Assembly (NCBI GenBank): GCA_040954595.2
Contig: CM082593.2
Location: 1 to 64,000, forward strand
Direction: 5' to 3'
Length of the DNA: 64,000 bases
DNA from: Balanoglossus misakiensis
Lineage: Eukaryota > Animalia > Hemichordata
Part shown: positions 24,501-36,800 of the stretch, in pieces
Numbering within the stretch: the first letter of the stretch is position 1
How the letters are laid out: each line of letters begins with the position of its first letter
Position numbers and translations under genes: made by a program
Notes under the pieces: generated by a model
What the model saw: the letters and a program-made list of their open reading frames with translations, nothing else
Databases searched by the model: none
Told to the model about the DNA's origin: nothing

Positions 24501-27290
24501 GTCCACTTCTACCAATGGCAACATTCAGATACACAACAACAGCCTGCACTCTTCGCCATATTCTAACAAAAGAACAGAAAAATATTTTACATGATTAATG
24601 AACAAATTGGCGAAAGATTGTATAAATTGATTCGATGAGTTAAATTTGGATTTGTTCCAATACTATATATACTCTTAAAATTTTGACTGCAAACCTGTAT
24701 GTTTTCTTTATTTGACATCCAAATATCTTCATCTGCCATCATGCAGGTTGTTTCTTGGCTGACTGCAAGACCAAGTCCTTGTCCACTTCTACCGTTGGCA
24801 CCATTTAGAAATTAAACATCAGTCTTCATGCTTGACCTTGCTTCATCTGCCATCATGCAAGTACTTTATTGGCTGACTGGAAGACCATGTCCTTGTCCAC
24901 TTCTACCATTGGCAACATTCAGATACACAACATCACCCTGCACTCTTCGCCATATTCTAACAAAACAACAGAAAAAAAATATTCATGATCAATAAAAAAA
25001 GTGGTGACATATTTTATAAAATTGATTCAATGAGTTAAGCTTGGATTTGTTCCAACACTATATACACTCTTAAAATGTTGACTGCAAACCTGTATGTGTT
25101 CTTTATTTGACATCCAAATATCTTCATCTGCCATCATGCAAGTAGTTTATTAGGTGACTGGAAGACCATGTCCATGTCCAATACTACCCATGGCAACATT
25201 CAGATACACAACATCAGCCTGCACTCTTCGCCATATTCTCACAAAACAACAGAAAAAAATGATTCATGATCAATGAACAAAGTGGTGACATATTTTACAA
25301 AATTGATTCAATGAGTTAAATTTGGATTTGTTCCAATACTATACACACTCTTAAAATGTTGACTGCAAACCTGTATGTTTTCTGTATTTGACATCCAAAT
25401 ATCTTCATCTGCCATCATGCAAGTAGTTTATTGGGTGTCTGGGAAACCAAGTCCTTGTCCACTTCTACCAATGGCAACATTCAGATACACAACATCAGCC
25501 TGCACTCTTTGCCATATTCTAACAAAACAACAGAAACATACATGATTCATGATTAATGAACAAAGTGGTGACATATTTTATAAAATTGATTCAATGAGTT
25601 AAGTTTGGATTTGTTCCAACACTATATACACTCTTAAAATGTTGACTGCAAACCTGTATGTTTTCTTTATTTGACATCCAAATATCTTCATCTGCCATCA
25701 TGCAAGTAGTTTATTGGGAGACTGGGAAACCAAGTCCATATCCACTTCTACCAATGGCAACATTCAGATACACAACATCAGCCTGCACTCTTCGCCATAT
25801 TCTAACAAAACAACAGAAAAAAACATCATTCATGATCAATGAACAAAGTGGTGACATATTTTATAAAATTGATTCAATGAGTTAAGTTTGGATTTGTTCC
25901 AACACTATATACACTCTTAAAATGTTGACTGCAAACCTGAATGTTTTCTTTATTTGACATCCAAATATCTTCATCTGCCATCATGCAAGTAGTTTATTGG
26001 GTGACTGGGAAACCAAGTCGTTGTCCACTTCTACCAATGGCAACATTCAGATACAGAACATCAGCCTGCACTCTTCGCCATATTCTAACAAAACAACGGA
26101 AAAAACATGATTCATGATCAATGAAGAAAGTGGTGACATATTTTATAAAATTGATTCAATGTGTTAAGTTTGGATTTGTTCCAATACTATATACACTCTT
26201 AAAATGTTGACTGCAAACCTGTATGTTTTCTTTATTTGACATCCAAATATCTTCATCTGCCATCATGCAAGCAGTTAATTGGGTGACTGGGAAACCAAGT
26301 CCTTGTCCACTTCTACCAATGGCAACATTCAGATACAGAACATCAGCCTGCGCTCTTCGCCATATTCTAACAAAACAACGGAAAAAACATGATTCATGAT
26401 CAATGAAGAGAGTGGTGACATATTTTATAAAATTGATTCAATGTGTTAAGTTTGGATTTGTTCCAATACTATATACACTCTTAAAATGTTGACTGCAAAC
26501 CTGTATGTTTTCTTTATTTGACATCCAAATATCTTCATCTGCCATCATGCAAGTAGTTTATTGGCTGACTGGGAAACCAAGTCGTTGTCCACTTCTACCA
26601 ATGGCAACATTCAGATACAGAACATCAGCCTGCACTCTTCGCCATATTCTAACAAAACAATGGAAAAAACATCATTCATGATCAATGAACAAAGTGGTGA
26701 CATATTTTATAAAATTGATTCAATGTGTTAAGTTTGGATTTGTTCCAATACTATGTACACTCTTAAAATGTTGACTGCAAACCTGTATGTTTTCTTTATT
26801 TGACATCCAAATATCTTCATCTGCCATCATGCAAGCAGTTTATTGGGTGACTGGGAAACCAAGTCCTTGTCCACTTCTACCAATGGCAACATTCAGATAC
26901 AGAACATCAGCCTGCGCTCTTCGCCATATTCTAACAAAACAACGGAAAAAACATGATTCATGATCAATGAAGAGAGTGGTGACATATTTTATAAAATTGA
27001 TTCAATGTGTTAAGTTTGGATTTGTTCCAATACTATATACACTCTTAAAATGTTGACTGCAAACCTGTATGTTTTCTTTATTTGACATCCAAATATCTTC
27101 ATCTGCCATCATGCAAGTAGTTTATTGGCTGACTGGGAAACCATGTCCTTGTCCACTTCTACCGTTGGCACCATTAAGAAATTAACATCAGTCTTCATGC
27201 TTGAACTTGCTTCATCTGCCATCATGCGAGTACTTTATTGACTGACTGGAAGACCAAGTCCTTGTCCACCTCTACCATTGGCATCATTTG
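21476..27290. repeat. AT-rich ~278-283-bp tandem satellite, ~20 monomers, two subtypes plus truncated units; 1799-bp higher-order duplication
   Basis: The motif tgcaaacctgtatg...gacatccaaatatcttcatctgccatcatgca recurs at 22047, 22325, 22608 and onward. ORF pairs 22047/23846 and 22325/24124 are both 1799 bp apart. Confidence 0.95.
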
Positions 27291-27497
27291 GAATTTTGTC
27301 GTCATCCTTCCTGCTTAACTTAAAGCAATTATACTTCAATATTGTTAGTTTCTGTTATATTATAGCACACTAGTAAACAATTACCAAAAAATTTGCTAAA
27401 CTTATCTACCATCACAGTTGGAAAGCTTCTCAACTATTGTAGACATTGGAAGAACTTCATGACAAGATAAAATTAGGACAAGGATACAATAGGAATT

Positions 27498-27913
27498 CAC
27501 ATACACATACATTACATACATGCATACATTACATACATACATGCATACATTACATACATACGTGCATACATTACATACATACGTGCATACATTACATACA
27601 TACATGCATACATTACATACATACATGCATACATTACATACATACATGCATACATGCATACATTGCATACACACACACACGCATACACACACACATACAC
27701 ACACGCATACACACACGCATACACACATAAACACATACACACATACACACATACACACATACACACATACACACATACACACATACATACATACATACAT
27801 ACATACATACATACATACATACATACATACATACATACATACATACATACATACATACATACATACATACATACATACATACATACATACATACATACAT
27901 ACATACATACATA
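27498..27913. repeat. Compound (CATA)n/(CACATA)n microsatellite
   Basis: Read directly. Confidence 0.97.
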
Positions 27914-29127
27914 GAGAACAATTCTGTACCCTAAAATTTGAAATGAATAATTTTCTTGGCCTTCACTTTCAGGTTTTGGAAAATACAGCTAATTTAAATT
28001 GAATTAGAATACATTACTTAATTTCATCTGTATACCTCTAACTGGCTCATTATGAAAAATAGAAATAGTCACAAGAATACAAGTTTCTAATAGCCTGCTT
28101 ATACCACTCCAGCCAAAGTATTAGTTGTTATAGTTAGTTAATGGTGTGTTAGTACGTTAATATTGAAGTTAGAAAAATTGGCTGAAATGGCACAAACAGT
28201 TTTCTAGATTGAATCAATTTGCTTTGACTGCACAATTCACTAAACAAAATTTCCTCAATTCATACATGTAATTCTTAGAATTTCTAAATCATATGGACAT
28301 TTAGGCTACAGTTTAATAAGCATAGTTGAGTTAAATGGTTACAGACTTGTTTTCTCTGATATTTCATTTGACACACATTAAACGCACATGTTCATGTATG
28401 TATGATGTATGTATGTATGTATGTATGTATGTATGTATGTATGTATGTATGTATGTATGTATGTATGTATGTATGTATGTATGTATGCATGTATGCATGT
28501 ATGCATGCATGCATGCATGTATGCATGCATGCATGCATGCATGTATGTATGTATGTATGTATGTATGTATGTATGTATGTATGTATGTATGTATGTATGT
28601 ATGTATGTATGTATGTATGTATGTATGTATGTATGTATGTATATGAGAATTCATACTGTGTCCTAATCTGAATCCTTCTTGTCATGAAGTTTTCCCAATG
28701 GCTGCAACAATTGTGTAGCTCCTCAACTGTAATAGTAGACAAGTGTGCTAATTAACATAATTGAAATTCTGCACAAGTAACCAGGGTGATCAAGGGAACG
28801 CATACGGAAAGTCAATGTCAATGCCATAATCTTCACTGGATCAACAGATTAAGGAGCAAAATTCACTCATTTTGGACCATTTAGAGATTGATTTTGTATG
28901 ACAGGAAATGATGGTTACAAATCAACATCAATTTTTAACACAAACATAACACGAGTAATCAATGTATACTTGAAATCGTTGAAAGGTCAACAAGCGATTT
29001 TGTCGCTTTAAGAGAAAACAAAACAGAACGCAATCCCTTCATTCTCATTATAAACTCTTCAAATGCTGACTAAAAACCTGTGTCTTCTCTTCATTTGGCA
29101 TCCAGATATCTTCATCTGCGATCATGG
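27905..29127 (+). repeat. Diverged segmental duplication, copy 2, carrying two extra blocks (~28321-28652 and ~28686-28777) and ending in a partial 280-bp-satellite monomer
   Basis: Collinear with 20697-21560. It ends with aaatgctgactaaaaacctgtgtcttctcttcatttggcatccagatatcttcatctgcgatcatg, which resembles the satellite monomer. Confidence 0.88.
28394..28645. repeat. (TATG)n microsatellite with a central (TGCA)n patch
   Basis: Read directly. Confidence 0.97.
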
Positions 29128-30063
29128 ACCCTACATGGTCTATGATAAAACACACTCAAATTGAATACGGATCTATAAAAACATACATTAGTAGAATTGA
29201 AGAGTGAAGTTCTTCACTGCAATGCCATGGAAACTTAAATGCATGCAGTCGCGAATAAACATGTGTGATTGACATCGTGAAATGCAACACACCAGCTCGG
29301 CTACATTCATGCACAATCTGGCAAACAGACAAACACACGTACGCATAAAAATGGTTGCGGTTTCATGACTTTGATAAACGTTACACAATTTGTTTGAACA
29401 TGAAGGTTTGCAGCCAAGAATCGTGCTACTAATGCGACAAATAATCGTAGAATGGAAATTTTACAGAAATAACGATGCAATTAGTGAAATATACGAACGC
29501 GAAAAAAGACAGATGATTTTCAATTATGAAATAAGTTTAAGTATTCCCGTATTTCGCTCGACGACAACTATAGTTCCTTGGCTCTCATCAGAAAAAAACT
29601 AGTGAATAGATTTATTTGGTGCAAGTGTTGAAAACTGAGCGCAATTGGGCCGGGCGTCCGCGCCACGTTTCAAACGAAAAAAAACACGTCGCTTCTTGGA
29701 ACAATGGCGAGTACTCCCGACTACTCTCTCGAAAACTAGGCTAGAATTACTAACGAAGGTCTTCACCTTTTCCTCACTAGGGTCGAAAGTCGGAGCGCTA
29801 ATTTTAGTAAATACCGGTTACTTACCTAGTAGATAATATGTTCTTTATCTTGGTTTCCGGGCTGTAGAAATTCCCGTAGCTTGTCAGACAAAATCCTCTT
29901 GTTCTGCAGGTTGTTGCTCTCTCGATAGTCCGGGTCGCTCTGCGCGATTTGCATTTAAAACGTGGATGAGCTCGTAGCACAGGTGCATTGTATTTCCCAT
30001 GATCCTGTGTCTCACCTGTGCAGCGGGATCGGACGCCACCAACGGCCATAAGCCCACAAATTA

Positions 30064-30338
30064 TTATAGCTCATGATTTTTTTCAAAAAATGAGTTTTCC
30101 GACTTTGCGAATTTCGGTCATTTTGTCGTTTCTTGACATTTTTCATGGGTTATAGCTCATGATTTTTATTTAAAAAATGACAGTTTTCCGACTTTGCGAA
30201 TTTCGATCATTTTGTCGTTTCTTGACATTTTTCATGGGTTATAGCTCATGATTTTTATTTTAAAAATGACAGTTTTCCGACTTTGCGAATTTCGATCATT
30301 TTGTCGTTTCTTGACATTTTTCATGGGTTATAGCTCAT
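30064..30338. repeat. ~89-bp tandem repeat, ~3 copies
   Basis: ttatagctcat starts at 30064, 30150, 30239 and 30328; the intervening sequence is near-identical. Confidence 0.92.
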
Positions 30339-30828
30339 CATTTTATTAAATGTTTTTCTTTAAATCATCTAAGCCAGCGATATTTATCAAAGAAAGTAGA
30401 GACGTTTCCCAGCTGGCTTTTTCCGATTATCATATCCTGGCTCCAAACATGGTCGTTAGGGAGATTTGTGATTATGTTGCCTATCAATCGTTTACCAGAC
30501 GAAAATACCTCAATTATAGTAGTGTTGTTTCTCAAAATAACGGAAGCGAAGCCATTTACCGTTCTGCAGAAGATTTCACTACCACCACAAGTCAGTGCAG
30601 CCGAAGACCCAATGACCGAATATAAAATCACGCTCCTCCACTGCAAACTTTCAGATATACATTTGCAACAAAAGAAGAAAACTGCATTAATTATAATTTC
30701 ATTCCTAAAGTATTATTAAGTCTTGTGTGCCGGTTTTAATTGTCGAAAATACCAACTTCCGTCGATGAAATCAATACAGATTAAACAACCGATAATAAAT
30801 GTATACATTTAAGGTAAAAACATCGACT

Positions 30829-32277
30829 TTTATTGTTCATACATACTAGTATGTTCAATAGGAATATGTTCTTGCTACCTGTAAAAATAGAATTTAATCA
30901 CAGGAGATAAATTGAACGTTTCGCTCTGGTAGCTTCTGAAATAGAAATTATAGGGTTAAGAGTATGATTGGCAGTTATGAGAAACAGGAAAAGAAGCACA
31001 ACCCACTAAATAAAAACGATTATTTCACATAACATTTTATTCCAACTTTTATATTATATACATACAATAAAACTTTCTACATCACTGGAAAACATATTGT
31101 AAATTTTAAGAAATATTTTCATAATCTGTCCAACCATAAAAAGATGGGATGTATCGGTGGGACTAAAGTTCACACGAAGTCAAATCAAAGTAAACATGAC
31201 TAGAATGGAACACATTTATCTTAAACATGTATGCAAAACCACAGATGGAATTTTCCAAGCAGGGCTAGCTAATGTCCAAGATTTTCACCTTCATATATTC
31301 ATACCGTTATATTAAACCCAGATAATACAAAGAGGAAGCTGCTTCTTTTTCAGCCACACATTGGAAGACACTAGAATAGCAATAAAACTGTTGTTTATGT
31401 TATAATATATAGTTAAATGTCACAATATGCTAACATTGTCCATTTGTGTTCACTTGGCACGTAAAATTTCAGACGGGATTCAAAGCACATTTATATGGCT
31501 ACCGACATGTACGAAAGTGTTCTATCATTTCATTGGCTCTATAAATGCAACATGCTGGACCTGTAGGCCAATTATCGCACACTATGTATGAAACACACTG
31601 CTCTTTGTTGTGATACGCTCATGAAAGCGTTTACTATGCAAATGACACGATCAGTCCAGTCCATTGACTCAAAATTACAATGTATAAATACAGAACAAAC
31701 AAACAAATTAAATATAAGCATATGAAATATTTCCATTTATACTGCAAGCAGACTGAAAATATCAATAATTGTCGAGTGACTGACGATGAATAAAGATTTA
31801 CCAAATTTACATAATCCATTTTGCCAGTTTAGAATTGCGGTATCTTTTATGCGGAATGAGAATACGGTGTGTCATAAAACACAAAATGACGGTTCATATT
31901 CGGGCTACATCAAACGTCATGTGCACGCCACTGTAAATTTCTCTTGCAACTGTCCCTCTGGGAGACTTTGTCTGTGACTCACATCCTTGGAAAATAGATG
32001 TAATCATGTTGCCCCAATTTTGGTTGTCTTTTTCCAAAGCAGAAAAATTTTCAGCCTAGGGCATTGTGCTGATGCATGTTTAAGTTGTCATCAGCAAATT
32101 TGCCTGCCTAATATAGCAATTGCACGTGACACAAAATGTACCATATTTGGTAACGATTTAAGATGATGAAACTTCTTTCTATAAGTGAATCAAAAGCTAT
32201 GTCAGAAAGCTTCGTCTCTTCCTGACCACCTCAAGCCATCGTGAAATGTGTTTTGACGGATCACGATTTCATTTATT
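30829..32277 (-). terminator. Putative 3' UTR with candidate AATAAA poly(A) signals (minus strand) at 32272-32277, 31036-31041 and 30829-30834
   Basis: TTTATT on the + strand downstream of the stop codon in AT-rich sequence; the site actually used cannot be determined. Confidence 0.3.
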
Positions 32278-32297
32278 GTTTTTGTTTGTTCCATATT

Positions 32298-33865
32298 TTA
32301 AATTGTAGTTGACAGGTCGACGACATCTTTTTGACTTCTCCCCACGCTCTTTTCTTGCCCGACGTCCCACATGATAACTTTCTTAGCTTTTGGTTTTGCA
32401 GCAGAACGAGGTTGCCAAACCGACTCACAAATATCATTTTGTGAATAGGTCTGCGCAGAATGCCTCCGCATTGGATTTTGTCTTATGTTAGGTAAGTCCA
32501 CAGTCAAGTTCCTACTAGAAGTGGCCCTTTCTTTGAAATAAAAGTCCATTCTGTACGTTCCCATTTTGGTCTTTTTAACGATTCTTTGCATTTTGATATC
32601 ACTGTCCGAGTAACTCCGTTGTCTTCGCGCAGGACGGGTTAGGTGTGTTTGATGAGCTTTGGAATTTTCGATAAGTTCAACTACGATTGAGGATTTGTAA
32701 ACAGATGTAGTTTTATATTCACCGTCTGTGTCTTCGCTCAAATTAAACGAATTGAGTAAAAGTTCAATGGATTTTCCCGCGTCGAGAAGGTGCCGCGTTG
32801 CATCATCAATCTCACTTTCGCCGTGCAACTCAAGAGATGATTCAGTTTGTACACTCACCTGGGTCTCAGACGAATCCTTGCGGGAGCTTTGTCCTTCGCT
32901 ACCTTCCTCACTCGTCGATTCGCCGGCTGCAGTGAACTGTCCGTTGTACGGCAGGCGGTCAGATGACGGAAGCAGCGCGGGAGCGCATTCATTATCGCTC
33001 CGGAACTGGAAGGCATCGGATACTGGAGTCACGTGACCCATTCTTCTACGTTTCTCGTAAGTTTTGGCCGGTTTGCGTTGGGTCGGTGGACTCGGTGAGT
33101 TGGGTGAACTGAACTTGCGAAAAATGGACGGACTTGGTATACTGATTTTTGTAAAAATGGAAGAGCTATTACTGGACCTTTTATCTTTCTTCTTTTTCTT
33201 GGACAGCCGGGGACTTTGGGAGCTTGGCGTGGAATTACCCTCGCTTCCGGACTCGTGAATCACTAATGAGGTATCGCCAGACGAGCGCCTCGTTGTGGAT
33301 GTGCTTGCCAAAGATTGTCGTTCGCTTTCGTCGTTGGCCATCTCAGTATGCACGTCAGCCTCCACGTACTGAACAGAAGATGGCCACTGTGGTTCGTCTA
33401 CAACAGAACCATCAGGAACATTGGTTTCACTAATTTTGCTCAGATTTGTCTTTTCAATAGATCCGTTATTTTGCGCTGTACCCCCAGGTGACTTGTCATC
33501 CTGGCTGCCCCTTCTGAAACTGAAGAAGTCGGCTCGATTTCGCAAATTTTTGCTTTCATCAACGCTGCTTCTTCGGTTCTTTGATTTCTTAGGTTCGAAT
33601 CCTAAAACAATGTCGTCTGCTGCTGGAGTCGCTGTACTCATTTTCCGGAAAGGGAGCTTGTCGAATAGCGACCCGGGTTTCTTTCTTTTAAATCCAGGTG
33701 ACGGAGTGTGATCACCACGCTTCGTAGAGGGCGTCCTTTCATGGTGACCACTGAACCCATTGGAGTTTTCCATGGCAACTTGTGCTGCCTTTTCTAAGTC
33801 TGCCTGGCTCTTGATTGGTTTTATAGCTATAGGACGTAACTTGGAAAACCTTCGTTTGAGATCAT
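32298..33865 (-). CDS. Exon 6 (terminal): end of the death domain plus a ~510-aa Ser/Lys/Arg-rich, likely disordered tail ending DLSTTI*
   Basis: Acceptor cattttccag|AT (phase 1) is in frame with the 491-aa ORF 32298..33773 (30 codons upstream of its ATG); the only long non-repetitive ORF in the window. Confidence 0.88.
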
Positions 33866-36800
33866 CTGGAAAATGAATGATGGGGAAGGGAGAAAAAATT
33901 TATTTAGTTTGAGTAGTCACCAATTCCCTGTAGTAAAAACTTTGAGAAAATGATATAGTTGAACAATCTCCTCAAGCCGAAGAAGTTCACCGTCAGTTTT
34001 TTTTTTTAAATTCTAAAATTAAACGGGAAAAAAAATATTTTCACCGAGGGGGGGGGGGGGGTATTGTGAACGACCACGAATGAGGTCACTCTTACCTTCA
34101 TGAAATGACAGGAATACTTACCGACTAGAATTCTTTGGTTAACAGTTTCATGACACAGGGCGCCAAACAGGATGCCGATATCGCCGTTTTTCTTGTCCCA
34201 AGACTGTAGACCCTGCACTATACATTCCTCAAGGCTGATATTAATAAAGTGAAACTTGAGATCCATGATATCTTTGTTTTGAAATCCAAGCACTTTAAAG
34301 AAATCTTTCCAATATTTGTTGCTGAGGCGACGCTTGAGGAAAGCGAATACTGCATCTCTGGTGCTGGTGTCCACTTCAACGTCGGGCTGTCGGCAAGAAA
34401 GGCGAATGTTAGTGGGTGCCACAACACTGGCCATGATGCCTCCTTTGAATGCGTGCAAAGATGATATTCTGCAGTTGGCATGGCTGTCGGTTTCATACAT
34501 GGCCAGCAAACCGTCTCCATTTAGCATAATGTAAATGGTTTGCTTAAAACTAAGAACTTGTGTTCTTTGCAAAGTTACTAAAGTTTCTATACTAATTCCA
34601 CACTTCACAATTATAACAAAAGAGTCTGTCTGAGGGCAATGGATGAAGATCTAGCAACTGTATTCTAATGGTCAGGTAACGATTTATATAACATTGCGAA
34701 TATCCGGTTACTTTTCTGTGTAAGTCGGGTAGCAGGCTAAAAGGTCTAGTCATTTTAATAGCGGCGCTAAAACTTGACCCTGACGCGGTTGGAATGACGA
34801 AAATGTGCCGGAAAACGGCGCAAACACGCGTTGCCCACATCGAATAGTAACAAACTTGGTGCGGACGGCTCACAAGGGTCGATGAACCATTCATGTTGTC
34901 TACGCGTAGTCGCCGCCAAGGCACAGCGGCTTTATATATCCTGCAGTACATTTTGTGATTATAGCTGCGATTTCCTGGGGTTAACTGTTTTTCGCTATGG
35001 TGTCCATTCTGGTGATTGTGGAATTTTACGACCATTGTGTTTTAGGTGAGAGCGTGACGTAGGTAAACAATGAGTACACGTCACTGAATGCCATGCAACG
35101 GCGGTGAAACTCAACTTTTTGAACTTTGACTGTACCCGATGATGTGAATTCGCAGAATTGGAATCAACCATTTTGACATCGTGTACTTACACCTTTGCAA
35201 GTTCGACCTTGTTCGATTTTCACAGCTATCCTTATGAAATGATGTCATCGTGTTTGACGAAAATGTGAATGAAAACAACTAACAAAAATCAGTCATGACG
35301 TCATCCAACTGATTACAGAATGTGGAATTTCACATTTCCTCATATATGATTATATACCAATATATATTATGACTTGATTACCCTGATCACACTATGAGCA
35401 ACACCTGTTCCAATTTCAAAGTCGATACACTGAAATACAAAATAATGGCAATTTTTCGTACATCATTTTGTAAACAACGGTCACGGACCATTTCATTACC
35501 TCAGCTGATGGCGTTGCCATGGGTACCGCCGTAGAGATGGGTAGTGTCATGTTGTCTGGGGAAAGGTCAGGGACAGCCATGGCTGTCTCCTCGCCATTTG
35601 AGCGAATATCTGATGACGTAGTGTTTTCCGAACTACTACTAACACCAGAGTCGGCAGATGTTTTATGCACCATGTTCTCCTACAAGAAAACGAGAAAAGG
35701 CATTTTATGCGCATGACCAGAGAGAAAGAGAAAGAGAAAGAGAGATAACATTACGAGCAACGGAAAACAGCTAGCTGGATAGAATAACAAGGTAACTATG
35801 AGGGCTACGCTTATTACATGAAATGTGTACACTAAAGGGAACTACAACAGGAATTCGCCGTTTCTAGGCAAGGGAGGACCATGAGAACAAATCAGAGAGG
35901 GAGAAGCGCGAGCTTTTATAATCTGCGCGTGCTGACTTTGTTGCAAATTTCAAGACTGGTTGTTACTTAATACTGATCTCCACCAGAAGCTGTGGACCTG
36001 ACCGTCTTCAATCCTGCCTCATCATGCTTAATCTAATATACCTGACCATTTTCACGCATACCGAACAAGGTCGTGTAGACACGTGATGCTTTTTAGAGTA
36101 ATGGAAAATGATATAAAATGCTGCCGTAAATTTAATAGCATTACAGTAATAATGGAAGCTTGTGAGAAGAGAGAGAGAGAGACTGAATGTTCCGAAAGAG
36201 CAAATCATTAAATATATCAGAGCTATACATTGGGAGTTGGCGTCATCGAATGAATATTGTGCAATGGTTTCATGTGAAACACTGGTAAGACTTGTTTAGC
36301 CAGGAAACAACCTTTAGGACTTCATCTTGGTTTTGTCAATGTATTCATTTAATAAAGGAGCCAAAAAACGTGATTATTTTGTCCACTTTTCTGTCAACGT
36401 TCCCTGCAGTTGACTGGCCCACAATGCCTTATGCACATCACAGTCTTTTCCCCAACATCTAAATGTTAGACAAGGGTCTTTTCGATCACCCCGATTGACA
36501 GGTTATCTAATTTTCGTTGTTAAACAACATGACACGATTCTACTCTACTTACTTAGTGACCGTTGTGTTAATGGAAAATTGCTCAAAGCGTTCAAATAAA
36601 TATTGATGGACCAGACATGTTCAATGCGTTTCAGTTACACATATATAAGCAAAACTGAACCTGTACATTGTCAATTATGTGACCCCACTTATTCGCTCAT
36701 CACATTCCTTTTGAACGCGTTCCGTCATTTAATTTCCCATTTACTATTTGAGACTAGTCAAATCGCCTTACAAAATTCAAATGTCCTCTGACAGGAAATG

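Noticed and set aside
21992-25885. Repeated 61-79-aa ORFs (MQTCMFSLFDIQ...) as a peptide gene cluster
   Set aside because: Derived from the 280-bp satellite; mostly TTG starts, and frame and length differ between monomers.
27402-28742. MYVC/HTYI-repeat ORFs
   Set aside because: Translations of (TATG)n/(CATA)n microsatellites.
34387-34608. N-terminal part of the 200-aa ORF 34006..34608, and 32298..33773 as a stand-alone gene
   Set aside because: A strong branch point and acceptor at 34387-34414 and a donor at 34121 delimit the real exon; the 491-aa ORF is the in-frame terminal exon of the spliced gene.
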